A stretch of 64,000 bases of DNA from Cyanophyceae cyanobacterium (GTDB lineage: Bacteria > Cyanobacteriota > Cyanobacteriia > Cyanobacteriales > JBHJGN01). Positions 9,077-18,802 of the stretch are shown piece after piece. Under the pieces are notes generated by a model. The model did not search any database. It saw nothing but the letters and a program-made list of their open reading frames with translations, and was not told the DNA's origin. The first letter of the stretch is position 1. The number at the start of each line of letters is the position of its first letter. The stretch is from NCBI GenBank assembly GCA_050331735.1, contig JBHJGN010000004.1, positions 64,001 to 128,000 of the forward strand, read 5' to 3'. Both the position numbers and the translations under genes were made by a program.

Positions 9077-10909
9077 ATGAAGATGACTCAAAGCCGCGAG
9101 CCGTTATCGGCAGACGTTCAATACTCTACCTTGGTAGAGCTGCTGCGTGGAAGGGCGCGGCACCAGAGCGAGCGTCATGCCTATACCTTTTTAATCGACG
9201 GTAAAAAAGCGAGCGCTCCGCTGACCTACGGAGAACTCGACCGTCAAGCCCGAGCGATCGCTGCTCACCTCCAGCAGCATCAAGCTCAAGGAGAACGGGC
9301 GCTGCTGCTGTATCCGCAAGGCTTAGAAATGGTGGCGGCGTTTTGTGGCTGTCTCTATACTGGAGCGATCGCCATTCCCGTTCCGCCCCCGGAGTCCGGC
9401 AGACTGAAGCGGACGCTCCCGCGGCTGCGCTCGATCGTCAAAGATGCCCAAGCCACCTTTGCGCTGACGACAGGGCGAATTCTCTCTCTCGTCGAGAATG
9501 TCCGCGACGAATTTCCCGAATTTGACCAGATGCGCTGGCTAGATACCGAGCAGCTCGACCTCACGCTAGCCGAGCAGTGGCAGGAGCCGCCCTTAGACAA
9601 AGACACGCTCGCTTACCTGCAATACACCTCTGGCTCCACCTCGACGCCGAAAGGAGTGATGCTCAGCCACTTCAATTTGATGCATCACGCGGCCTATCTC
9701 CAAAAAGCCTGTGGCTACGAACCAGAGAGCGTCACGACCTGCTGGATGCCCTACTTCCACGATTATGGACTGGTAGAAGGAATAATGGTGCCGCTCTACA
9801 ACGGGACTCCGTGCTATTTGATGTCTCCTTTCTCCTTTATCAAGCGTCCGGTACAGTGGCTCCGCAATATTACCCACTTTGGAGTCACCCACTCTCAAGC
9901 CCCCAACTTTGCCTACGACCAGTGCGTACGACGAGTTAAGCCCAAGCAGCTAGCCGAACTCAACCTGAGCGGCTGGCAAGCGGCGGGTAACGCGGCTGAG
10001 CCGATTAATCCGAAGGTGATGGAGCAATTTGTCGAAACCTTTGCTCCCTGCGGCTTTTCGTGGTCAGCCTTTGCTCCAGCCTATGGACTGGCTGAATTTA
10101 CTCTGCTGGTGTCCTCTAAGCCGAAAGGACAAACGCCAGTCCTGCTCAACGTTGATGCCGCCGCCATCGAACGCGACAAAATTGTTTCGGTGTCTGCCGA
10201 GGAGGGGCGCACGATTGCTGGCTGCGGTCATCTGGTGGGCAATACGCAAGTGGCAATTGTTCATCCTGACTCCCACCGACGCTGTGCTGAAGATGAAGTG
10301 GGAGAAATTTGGGTGTCAGACCCGAGCGTTACCCAGGGTTACTGGCAGCGCCCCGAAGAAACGGCCCGGACTTTCCAGGCCATGATTAAAGATACTGGGG
10401 AAGGACCGTTTCTGCGTACTGGCGACCTCGGATTTCTTAAAGATGGAGAACTGTTTATTACCGGACGCATCAAAGACCTGATTATTATTCGGGGAACGAA
10501 CCATTACCCCCAAGATATTGAGTGGACGGTTCAGAATCTCCATTCTGCCCTGCGTCCGGATTACGGAGCCGCCTTTTCTATTCAGGACCGCGGCGCAGAA
10601 CAGCTAGTTGTGGTCCAGGAAGTAGAGCGCCGCGCCGAAAACATTGAGGCCGATCAGCTCATTGCCGATATTCGCCAAGAAATTGCCGAACAGCACGAAC
10701 TCCAGGTATACGCCGTGGTGTTAGCTAAACCGGGCAATATCCTCAAAACGGCGAGCGGCAAAATTCAGCGTCGGGCCTGTCGTCACAATTTTCTCACCGG
10801 ACAGCTCACGGCGATCGCCGACTGGTGCGAAAATCCGCAGCTAAGCGCTAAATTTCGGACTCTACAAGGAGAAGTCGAGTCTTTGGCGCAACAAGTTATC
10901 GGCACATAG
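9077..10909 (+). CDS. Fatty acyl-AMP ligase (FAAL 1)
   Basis: YLQYTSGSTSTPKG, PYFHDYGL, YGLAE, FAAL-type insertion before GCG, FLRTGDLG, GRIKD, KTASGKIQR. Confidence 0.92.
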   Translation: MKMTQSREPLSADVQYSTLVELLRGRARHQSERHAYTFLIDGKKASAPLTYGELDRQARAIAAHLQQHQAQGERALLLYPQGLEMVAAFCGCLYTGAIAIPVPPPESGRLKRTLPRLRSIVKDAQATFALTTGRILSLVENVRDEFPEFDQMRWLDTEQLDLTLAEQWQEPPLDKDTLAYLQYTSGSTSTPKGVMLSHFNLMHHAAYLQKACGYEPESVTTCWMPYFHDYGLVEGIMVPLYNGTPCYLMSPFSFIKRPVQWLRNITHFGVTHSQAPNFAYDQCVRRVKPKQLAELNLSGWQAAGNAAEPINPKVMEQFVETFAPCGFSWSAFAPAYGLAEFTLLVSSKPKGQTPVLLNVDAAAIERDKIVSVSAEEGRTIAGCGHLVGNTQVAIVHPDSHRRCAEDEVGEIWVSDPSVTQGYWQRPEETARTFQAMIKDTGEGPFLRTGDLGFLKDGELFITGRIKDLIIIRGTNHYPQDIEWTVQNLHSALRPDYGAAFSIQDRGAEQLVVVQEVERRAENIEADQLIADIRQEIAEQHELQVYAVVLAKPGNILKTASGKIQRRACRHNFLTGQLTAIADWCENPQLSAKFRTLQGEVESLAQQVIGT

Positions 10910-11042
10910 GTGTCCGACGACGAGACTGCCGCTGACTCCTAGGAAAACTGCTAAGATAGTGGCTAATTTAAGGGAATTTTCTCCTTCCAAAATCTGCTTG
11001 CTCTAGGGGTCACTCATCCAGACGTTTGTTGAAGAAATCATT

Positions 11043-12836
11043 ATGCATAAACTGAAGCAATACTGGGTAGCCGAAACGCTCGAAAAAGATTTAGGCAGCC
11101 CCAACAATCCAGACAGCGTCATGTCTTTTAAAAGAGTCGTCGAACTCGACGAGCGCGAGGAGTTTCCCGAACAAGAAATCAACTGGCTCTACAACTGGAA
11201 ACTGCACCACTACTACATCCCGACCAACTGTGGTGGTGAGTTTACCTCGTTTGAGGAATTTGTGGCGTTTGTGCGCGTCCTCTGTCGCCGGGATCAAAAC
11301 ATTGGCATTGCCTTTACCACCATGTTTTGGTCGTTCTTAACCTGGATGGGAGGAACCGACGAACAGAAGCAGCAGCTTGCTCAGTATCTGAAGGACCACA
11401 ACGGGACTCTCTGCTTGGGGTATTCCGAAAGAGAACACGGCAGCGATTTAGTCGGAGGAAGCGTCACGGCCACTCCTGTTGCTGGCGGCTATCTGCTCAA
11501 CGGAGAAAAATGGCCCATCAACCGCGCTACCCTTTCTGGTGTTTCTTACGTCCTGGCTCGTACCGGCAATCTAGGAGAAGCAAAGAGCCTATCGCTTTTT
11601 GCTGTGGATAAAAGCAAGATTAATGCTTCCCAATACTATAATCTTCCCAAAATTAAGACTCACGGAATTCGCGGGGCCGATATGAGCGGCATCGGCTTCA
11701 AAAATTGTTTCGTCCCCGAATCGATGCGCCTGCAAAAAGAAGGAGACGGGTTAGAGCTAGCCCTCAAAGGATTCCAAATTACTCGCACTCTTTGCGCGGC
11801 GTTCTCCCTAGGGGCTGCCGATACCGCGCTCAGGACCACGCTCAACTTTGCCCGACACCGCATCGTCTACAACAAGACAGTATTTGAGCTACCGCAGCCT
11901 CGTCAAACTCTGGTAAACGCCTTTCTCGATATTCTCATTGGAGATTGTGAAACGATCGGGGCAGCGCGGGGATTTCATGTGGTTCCTGAACAGTTTAGCG
12001 TCTGGGCATCGGTTGTCAAATACCTGGTAACTACCCGATTAGAAACGGCCATCAACGACGTATACCCGGTGTTAGGCTCGCGTTTCTACATGCGGGAAGA
12101 ACATAACTGGGGAATTTTCCAAAAGGTCTTGCGCGATAACTCCATCATCAGTATGTTTGACGGCAGTACCGTGGTCAATCTACACGCTCTGATTCTACAG
12201 TTCCGCCAAATCACTAAGTACCGCTCCCGCCGCAAAGCCAACACCCTCGCTGAAATTGGTTCTCGCTTGGAGACCATCTTCTCGCTGGAGCAGTCAGTGC
12301 CCTCCTTTGCGCCTGAGAAGCTAGCGCTTTTCGGTCGCGGTGCTGACGATCCGCTTCAGGGACTAGAAATTGCCCTAGAACAGCTACAGGCTCTTGAATC
12401 CAAGGTTGATAGCGGAGTGTTAGAGAAGCTCCTGTCTCTGGGTAATCTAGTGCTGGAAGAATTGAACGCTCACGATGACCGAATTGCCAACTCCAAGTTT
12501 GAGTTTGGTCACGCTCAGTCTCCAGAATTGTTTGAAATTGCGAAGCAGTACTGTACGCTGCATGCAGCGGCCTGCTGTCTGCATATGTGGCTTTACAACC
12601 GCCACATCTTGGGAGACTTTTTTGCTCAAGGAGAATGGCTCGTCCTCAGTCTACACAGGCTGCTGCGCACCGTAAGACCTCTACCCTATGTGATCGCTCA
12701 AGCCTACGTAGAGAATGTCGCTCAAGAGCTACTCAAGCTGCACCGCGAGGAACGAGCGTTTTCGATTGTTCCTTTTCAACTGGCCTCGTCGTCAGCTCAG
12801 GAATCCCCCGTTTCAGAGCTACAGCTCCAAGCCTAA
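11043..12836 (+). CDS. Acyl-CoA/acyl-ACP dehydrogenase
   Basis: GYSEREHGSD, LNGEKWPIN, GIRGAD, LGAADTALR, MFDGST. Confidence 0.88.
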   Translation: MHKLKQYWVAETLEKDLGSPNNPDSVMSFKRVVELDEREEFPEQEINWLYNWKLHHYYIPTNCGGEFTSFEEFVAFVRVLCRRDQNIGIAFTTMFWSFLTWMGGTDEQKQQLAQYLKDHNGTLCLGYSEREHGSDLVGGSVTATPVAGGYLLNGEKWPINRATLSGVSYVLARTGNLGEAKSLSLFAVDKSKINASQYYNLPKIKTHGIRGADMSGIGFKNCFVPESMRLQKEGDGLELALKGFQITRTLCAAFSLGAADTALRTTLNFARHRIVYNKTVFELPQPRQTLVNAFLDILIGDCETIGAARGFHVVPEQFSVWASVVKYLVTTRLETAINDVYPVLGSRFYMREEHNWGIFQKVLRDNSIISMFDGSTVVNLHALILQFRQITKYRSRRKANTLAEIGSRLETIFSLEQSVPSFAPEKLALFGRGADDPLQGLEIALEQLQALESKVDSGVLEKLLSLGNLVLEELNAHDDRIANSKFEFGHAQSPELFEIAKQYCTLHAAACCLHMWLYNRHILGDFFAQGEWLVLSLHRLLRTVRPLPYVIAQAYVENVAQELLKLHREERAFSIVPFQLASSSAQESPVSELQLQA

Positions 12837-12864
12837 TTTGTTCACCCTACCAGACCAGCTTATA

Positions 12865-13209
12865 ATGACTCCTGTAGAAACTATTCAGAATTGGCTCGTC
12901 AATCAGCTTGCCGAGCAGCTTTCTTTGGACGCTAATGCGATTAGCACCACAGAGCCGCTGACTCGCTATGGACTCGACTCCATTGACGCTGTCACTATCG
13001 TCGGCGACTTAGAAGACTGGCTAGATATGGAGCTTCCCTCAACTTTATTTTGGGATCATCCAACGATTGCTCAATCCTCTCAGTTTCTAGCCGATAATTA
13101 CGATGTTGCCGGAGCACTAAACAGTGAGCCCCAAAGCGACGCAGCAGACCCCGAACCAGTGACCAGCGGCAAGGGTTGGGGTGGATTATTTGGTCGCTTC
13201 GGCTCTTAA
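12865..13209 (+). CDS. Acyl carrier protein with C-terminal extension
   Basis: YGLDSIDAV phosphopantetheine Ser motif and LPSTLFWDHPTI; ATG at 12865 (track ORF over-extended upstream). Confidence 0.9.
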   Translation: MTPVETIQNWLVNQLAEQLSLDANAISTTEPLTRYGLDSIDAVTIVGDLEDWLDMELPSTLFWDHPTIAQSSQFLADNYDVAGALNSEPQSDAADPEPVTSGKGWGGLFGRFGS

Positions 13210-13222
13210 AAAACAGCCAGTC

Positions 13223-13246
13223 GTTGGGGGAGAATCGCTCCCCAAC
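13223..13246 (+). terminator. Intergenic stem-loop after ACP (stabiliser or partial terminator)
   Basis: GTTGGGGGAG...CTCCCCAAC inverted repeat; no clear U-tract. Confidence 0.45.
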
Positions 13247-13275
13247 CAAACAGTACTCCCTCCTCAGTTCAGACC

Positions 13276-14736
13276 TTGAATTACTCGGACTTTTCTTTTT
13301 GGTGGATACTGCTCCTCTTTTGCGTTCCGTTCTTTACGGTACGCACCGTTGCTAGATCGGTTAATCTGTGGCCGGGGTTTTTCGATGCCTTGGGGCTGAT
13401 GGCTCTGTCGCTGCTCCTCTTCTTCAACGCCAGCCGTGCTAGCTTCGTTGTTTTTATTTTCGAGGTGGTTTTTAACTACGTAATGGTGGCGCTGATGCAG
13501 CGCACTCGCGGTTGGCAAGCCAAGCTGTTTGCGGGGGTCATCATTACGATTGACATTGCTATTCTGGCGTACTTTAAGTATCTAGCCTTCTTTGTTGAAG
13601 ATGTTTTTGGGATACTAGCGGGGGGGGTTGCCGACAACTGGGATCGCAGTTTGCCGATTCCGGTCTATAGCCATATTCCTCCAGGGGTGTCTTTCTACAC
13701 CTTTCAGATGGTGGCCTTTGTCGTTGATTCTCTCACAGCCCGCAAGAAACGCCCGATCGGCTTTGTTGACTATATCAACTTTGTCGCCTTCTTCCCCCAA
13801 ATTGTGGCCGGACCCATTGAGCGGCGCACGAACTTGTTTCCCCAAATTGAATCGTTTCGCTTCAAAGCCACTTTGGAAAATTTCGATGTTGGCCTGCGGT
13901 GGCTGTCTTTGGGGTTATTTATGAAGTTTGTGCTGGCCGACAATCTGTTTCCCTACATTGATTTAACCACTGTCGAAAATGCTTGGGGAGTCTGGTTCAA
14001 CGCGTTTATCTTTACTCTCAGAATTTATTTCGACTTTGCTGGCTATAGCTTTATTGCCCTGGGAATCGCTCGCTTTCTGGGTGTACGCCTGACAGTCAAC
14101 TTTTTAGCACCCTATACCAGCCCGAGCATTAACGAATTTTGGCGGCGATGGCACATTACCCTGAGCACCTGGTTTAGGGATTACGTGTTTCTCCCGCTGA
14201 TGGGATCTCGGAAAAAACTAGCGCCTTTCTTCCTCTTTATTACGTTCACGCTGTCGGGTTTTTGGCACGGAGCTGCCTGGAACTTTATCATCTGGGGAGC
14301 CTATCATGGCGCTCTGCTGCTCGTGCTGCGCTATCTAGGCAGACCCTTCCATAAAGTGGTGGGTCAACACATTGCCCGACCTCAGTTTATCTCTTGGGGA
14401 TTGACCTTTGGCTCTGTCGTACTCGGCTGCCTGTTCTTTATGGATACCGATATCGGTCGTTTACTCCTCAAGCTGAGAACGTTAGTGACTCCCTGGGCTT
14501 ATTCTCTGTCTAATTTAGGAGAATTTTTCGGCTCCTACAGCGTCAACGAAGGAGCGGCTCTGCTACTGATTTTGGCCCTCTCCGGTCTCGTGCTGCTGAT
14601 GGAACATATTGCCGTTTGGCAGCGGAAGTTTGAATACGAACTCTTGCTTTCCCCTTGGGTATCGCCCGTGCTGCTAGGGCTAACACTACTATTAGCGGCC
14701 AATACTCCTTCTGAATTTATCTACTTCGAGTTCTGA
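13276..14736 (+). CDS. MBOAT O-acyltransferase (AlgI/DltB-like) 1
   Basis: PPGVSFYTFQ, FFPQIVAGPIER, YFDFAGYS, FWRRWHITLS, catalytic GFWHGA; ends SEFIYFEF. Confidence 0.93.
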   Translation: MNYSDFSFWWILLLFCVPFFTVRTVARSVNLWPGFFDALGLMALSLLLFFNASRASFVVFIFEVVFNYVMVALMQRTRGWQAKLFAGVIITIDIAILAYFKYLAFFVEDVFGILAGGVADNWDRSLPIPVYSHIPPGVSFYTFQMVAFVVDSLTARKKRPIGFVDYINFVAFFPQIVAGPIERRTNLFPQIESFRFKATLENFDVGLRWLSLGLFMKFVLADNLFPYIDLTTVENAWGVWFNAFIFTLRIYFDFAGYSFIALGIARFLGVRLTVNFLAPYTSPSINEFWRRWHITLSTWFRDYVFLPLMGSRKKLAPFFLFITFTLSGFWHGAAWNFIIWGAYHGALLLVLRYLGRPFHKVVGQHIARPQFISWGLTFGSVVLGCLFFMDTDIGRLLLKLRTLVTPWAYSLSNLGEFFGSYSVNEGAALLLILALSGLVLLMEHIAVWQRKFEYELLLSPWVSPVLLGLTLLLAANTPSEFIYFEF

Positions 14737-15668
14737 TGAAATTTAAGTTAGTTCCTTGGTTTGTAGCGGCAGGGGTAGCCTGGTCGTTGGGCTACGCCTA
14801 TAACGTCTACTACGGCGGCGAACTGAGCTGGCTGCGGGCGATGTACGAGCAGAAACTGGCGATCGCCGCCGCCACCGAAGCTCCCCAACGACTGCTGATT
14901 ACTGGCGGTTCGGGAGCCCACTATACCCTCGACTCCGAACTGATTGAGCAGCAGTTGGGCATTCCCGTAATTAATTTGGGCATCGACGGTCCTGTGGGGC
15001 TGAACGTGATTCTGCCCAGCGTTCTCGACCAGGTGCGTCCGGGTGACGTGGTGCTGCTGATTCCGGAGTATTTAATTTTGCTGGATGAGGACGGTTTAGG
15101 CGATCGCTCTGGTCCCTTTAGCTTGGCCATTCATCGACCCGGCTTAGGGGGCGTTCCTCCGAAGCAGTTAGCCCAGGACATTATGCTGCTGGGAGTGCCG
15201 ACGCTGCGCTCTGTCGCAAAATCTGCCATGGATTTGGTTCGGGATGGTGAATTATCCGGGTACTATTCCGATCCCCTCACCGAACGAGGCGATCCGACGA
15301 CCGTCAATACTCGTACGGGAGAGTGGTGGCAATTGCAGATTAGTCAATCCATTTCCCCACACGCCGCGAACAGAATCGCTCAATTTCAGGAAGAAGTCGC
15401 GGCACGGGGCGGAACCCTGGTGCTGTCTTTGCCCTGGGTTTACGCTCAGGCCGACCAAGAAACCCTCACCAACGTACAGAAGACCGCCGAACAGCTAGAG
15501 GGAATTGCGCCCACCATCTACGATCCCTCCTCACTCAACATCAAGACAGACTCTAGCCTGTTTGCCGATACTCACTATCACCTCCTCCCAGAAGCTCGCC
15601 GAATTCGTGCTCGGGAATTAGCAGCTCAGCTACAGCCCGTCCTAAAAACAATTAACAATGACCAGTGA
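14736..15668 (+). CDS. Membrane-anchored SGNH-like (DltD/AlgJ-like) acyltransferase partner
   Basis: N-terminal TM, LLITGGSGAH (block I Ser), INLGIDG, FADTHYH; TGATG overlap with the MBOAT stop. Confidence 0.7.
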   Translation: MKFKLVPWFVAAGVAWSLGYAYNVYYGGELSWLRAMYEQKLAIAAATEAPQRLLITGGSGAHYTLDSELIEQQLGIPVINLGIDGPVGLNVILPSVLDQVRPGDVVLLIPEYLILLDEDGLGDRSGPFSLAIHRPGLGGVPPKQLAQDIMLLGVPTLRSVAKSAMDLVRDGELSGYYSDPLTERGDPTTVNTRTGEWWQLQISQSISPHAANRIAQFQEEVAARGGTLVLSLPWVYAQADQETLTNVQKTAEQLEGIAPTIYDPSSLNIKTDSSLFADTHYHLLPEARRIRARELAAQLQPVLKTINNDQ

Positions 15669-16815
15669 ACGATGTCATATCTGTGTTCTTGGTGGCGGCT
15701 TCGGTGGTCTCTACACGGCTCTCTATTTCAGCCACTTTTCTCGGGTAAAATCGGGAAAATGCCAAGTTACCCTGGTTGAAAAAAACGATCGCTTTCTGTT
15801 TACGCCTCTCCTGTATGAGCTGCTCACGCAAGAACTACAGCGCTGGGAAATTGCTCCTTCCTACTACAAGCTGCTGGCCCGGACCAAAATTAAGCTCTGT
15901 CAACAGACGATTGAGGACGTAGATCTCAAAGCTCGTCGGGTTCGACTAGCAGAGGGGCACCTAACTTACGACTATCTGGTTCTGGCCGTCGGCAACCAAA
16001 CTCAGTATGCTCAGATTCCCGGTGTCGTTGAACATACCCTGCCATTTCGGACTCTCGCGGATGCCGAACTTTTAGATCAGCGGCTTCAGCTTTTAGAAGC
16101 TACCCAACGACAGCGCCTGCGCGTTGCCATCGTTGGCGGTGGCCCCAGCGGAGTGGAACTGGCCTGCAAGCTCGCTGACCGTCTTCACAAACGGGGTCAA
16201 ATCTCTCTGCTCGACCGGGGGGAGCAGTTGCTCAAGCCCTATAACCAAGCCATTCGAGCAGCGGCAGAGCGATCGCTTCATCAGCGCCGGGTGCAGGTGA
16301 GTCTCAATACCACCGTCAAAACCATTACAGCAGAGCACATTACTCTTGTTCAAGATGAACAAATCCAAACCGTTCCGGTAGACCTGGTGCTGTGGACGGC
16401 AGGAACGAAGATTAGAGACTGGGTGCAGAAACTCGAGTGTCAGCACAACGAGCGCGGCCAGGTTCTAACGAGGCCAACTCTACAGCTAGTAGATTACCCG
16501 GAAGTGCTAGCGCTGGGAGATCTGGCCGAGTGCCAGAGCAAACAAGCACCGACGACGGCTCAAGTCGCGTATCAGCAGGCCAGCCGCGCTGCTAAAAACC
16601 TCAAAGCAATTGTGAAAGGGCAACGTTTGCGTACTTTTCACTATCTTCACTTAGGAGATATGTTAACTCTAGGCAAGGGGGCGGCCATTGTTTCTAGTTT
16701 TTCGATTAATATTACTGGCTCTTTCGGTGCTCTGCTCAGACGATTAATTTACGTTCAGCGCCTCCCGACGTGGCGACATCGATTACAGGTGTTGAAACGT
16801 TTGTTGGTCGGTTAA
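15658..16815 (+). CDS. Type II NAD(P)H:quinone oxidoreductase, NdbB/NDC1-like
   Basis: GGGFGGLYTAL, FLFTPLLYELL, GGGPSGVELA, ALGDLA, TAQVAYQQA, LGDMLTLG. Confidence 0.85.
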   Translation: MTSERCHICVLGGGFGGLYTALYFSHFSRVKSGKCQVTLVEKNDRFLFTPLLYELLTQELQRWEIAPSYYKLLARTKIKLCQQTIEDVDLKARRVRLAEGHLTYDYLVLAVGNQTQYAQIPGVVEHTLPFRTLADAELLDQRLQLLEATQRQRLRVAIVGGGPSGVELACKLADRLHKRGQISLLDRGEQLLKPYNQAIRAAAERSLHQRRVQVSLNTTVKTITAEHITLVQDEQIQTVPVDLVLWTAGTKIRDWVQKLECQHNERGQVLTRPTLQLVDYPEVLALGDLAECQSKQAPTTAQVAYQQASRAAKNLKAIVKGQRLRTFHYLHLGDMLTLGKGAAIVSSFSINITGSFGALLRRLIYVQRLPTWRHRLQVLKRLLVG

Positions 16816-16913
16816 CCGGACGCTGCGTTTCGACGGCAGGCTGGGTAAACTAGTTGGCAAGGCAGAATTGCCCAGGCTTCAGTAAAGAGCATAAAATTAA
16901 GGACCACAGAGCA

Positions 16914-18731
16914 ATGTTATTGAAGGAAAACAAGCTAGAGGAGGTTTTCGGCCTAGATTTACGGTCTTTGGGTCTATTTCGTATCGGTCTCGCCTTAGTG
17001 GTAATAGCAGATTTGAGTATCCGAGCTGGAGAGCTAACGGCTCACTATTCAGATGCAGGTGTGCTGCCTCGCGCCACGCTCATTAACGAAATTTTACCCT
17101 CTGGCTACTGGTCAATTAACTTAATTAGTGGCTCACCGCTGGTTCAGGCCCTGCTGTTTGGTATCGCGCTTTTGGTCGCGGTCGTGCTGCTGGTAGGCTA
17201 TCGGACTCGACTGGCGACGATCGCCACTTGGGCAATGCTTGTTTCGATTCACAACCGGAACCCGGCTCTCATTTTCGCTGCCGACGACGTGCTGCGAGCG
17301 ATGCTGTTTTGGTCGATGTTTTTGCCGTTAGGAGCGAGCTACTCGCTCGACAGTGCCCTCAACTCTTCTACCAAGCCGCTGCCTAAACGGGTGCTTTCCG
17401 TGGCGACGGTGGCTTTTATTGTCCAAATTTGCTACATTTACATATTTTCTGCCGCCTTTAAAACCCACAGCCCGCTGTGGTCTGGTGGAGAAGCAGTTTA
17501 CTATTCGTTTCAGTTTGACCAATACGGAACGCCTTTAGGGCAATTTCTGCTCAACTTTCCGGGGTTACTGAAGCTGTTTACATTCTTCGCTTTGTGGTTG
17601 GAATGGCTCGGCCCGCTGCTGCTGTTTATTCCCTTCCGCACGAGCCTTTGGCGCTGCGTGACAATTGTGTTGTTTGTCCTGCTTCACGTCAGCTTTGGAC
17701 TCTGCTTTCGATTAGGCATTTTCCCGTTTCTCAGCACTTTTAGCTGGCTCGCCTTGATTCCGAGTTCGGTCTGGGACGGGCTCAGAGCGCGAATTGCTGA
17801 CTCCCGCCGTAGCGGACTGAGAATTTACTACGATGCCGAGTGTGGCTTCTGTAAAAAGGTAGTTTATCTGATTCGGACGTTTCTAATCCTGCCCGGAACT
17901 CCGCTATTGCTGGCACAGAGCGAGCCGTCGATCTATGCCGATATGCAGGAGAAAAATTCCTGGGTCGTGGTGGACTGGCAAGAACACCGACACTATAAAT
18001 GGGAGGCGATCGCCTACGTGTGTAGTTTGTCTCCTCTCCTCTGGTTTCTCTCTCCGATCCTGCGGTGGAAACCACTAATGGCTATAGGCACCAAAATCTA
18101 TGAAACCATCGCCTCTAACCGCCGATTCATGGGCAAGTTTACCGCGCCGCTCAAGTGGAAACCGCTCGAAGTCCGTCCTCGCCTCTGGTTCAACCTCATT
18201 ACTTTCGCTCTGCTGCTCTACGTAACGATTTGGAACTTTAGAAGCCTAGCTCTTAGCATTCTCCCGCGCGACCATCTGGTGCATCAAACTTTCAGAAGAA
18301 GAACCTTTAATACCCTTAACTGGTTTGGGAAAGTGACTCGCCTCGATCAGTCCTGGAGTATTTTTGCGCCTAACCCTCCCCGAGATGATGGCTGGTATGT
18401 CGTGCGCGGTATCCTCGATAACGGTCGTGAAGTTGATATTCTCAGCGGGGAATCTCCTAACTACGATAAGCCAACCCTGCGCCAGCGTAACGCGCTCTAT
18501 CGCAACATGCAGTGGCGCACGTACTTCATTAACTTGAATCGAGCGATTGGGCAGAAACTATATGCTGACTATGGCGCTTACCTTTGCCGTCACTGGAACA
18601 GTCAGCATAGCGAACAGCTTAACACCATAGAAGTTTATTTTATGGATGAAACAACGGTACCGCCCGGTGAAACCCAAACGGTTACCAAACGAACAACCTG
18701 GGAGCAAACTTGCCCAAGTAGCGAGGAGTAG
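16914..18731 (+). CDS. HTTM-domain membrane protein with an inserted DCC1-like thiol-disulfide domain
   Basis: DLRSLGLFRIGL, HYSDAGVLPR, HNRNP, LPLGASYSLD, IYYDAECGFC (DxxCxxC), DQSWSIFAPNP. Confidence 0.8.
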   Translation: MLLKENKLEEVFGLDLRSLGLFRIGLALVVIADLSIRAGELTAHYSDAGVLPRATLINEILPSGYWSINLISGSPLVQALLFGIALLVAVVLLVGYRTRLATIATWAMLVSIHNRNPALIFAADDVLRAMLFWSMFLPLGASYSLDSALNSSTKPLPKRVLSVATVAFIVQICYIYIFSAAFKTHSPLWSGGEAVYYSFQFDQYGTPLGQFLLNFPGLLKLFTFFALWLEWLGPLLLFIPFRTSLWRCVTIVLFVLLHVSFGLCFRLGIFPFLSTFSWLALIPSSVWDGLRARIADSRRSGLRIYYDAECGFCKKVVYLIRTFLILPGTPLLLAQSEPSIYADMQEKNSWVVVDWQEHRHYKWEAIAYVCSLSPLLWFLSPILRWKPLMAIGTKIYETIASNRRFMGKFTAPLKWKPLEVRPRLWFNLITFALLLYVTIWNFRSLALSILPRDHLVHQTFRRRTFNTLNWFGKVTRLDQSWSIFAPNPPRDDGWYVVRGILDNGREVDILSGESPNYDKPTLRQRNALYRNMQWRTYFINLNRAIGQKLYADYGAYLCRHWNSQHSEQLNTIEVYFMDETTVPPGETQTVTKRTTWEQTCPSSEE

Positions 18732-18802
18732 AAGCCTGCGCGTCACCGTCATTTTCTGACCTTCATCAAGCCACAATAACGCTCGGCTGAACCGATATCA
18801 AA

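Noticed and set aside
12715..12864. N-terminal extension of the ACP ORF in the track
   Set aside because: Overlaps the dehydrogenase in another frame; ATG at 12865 fits the ACP fold
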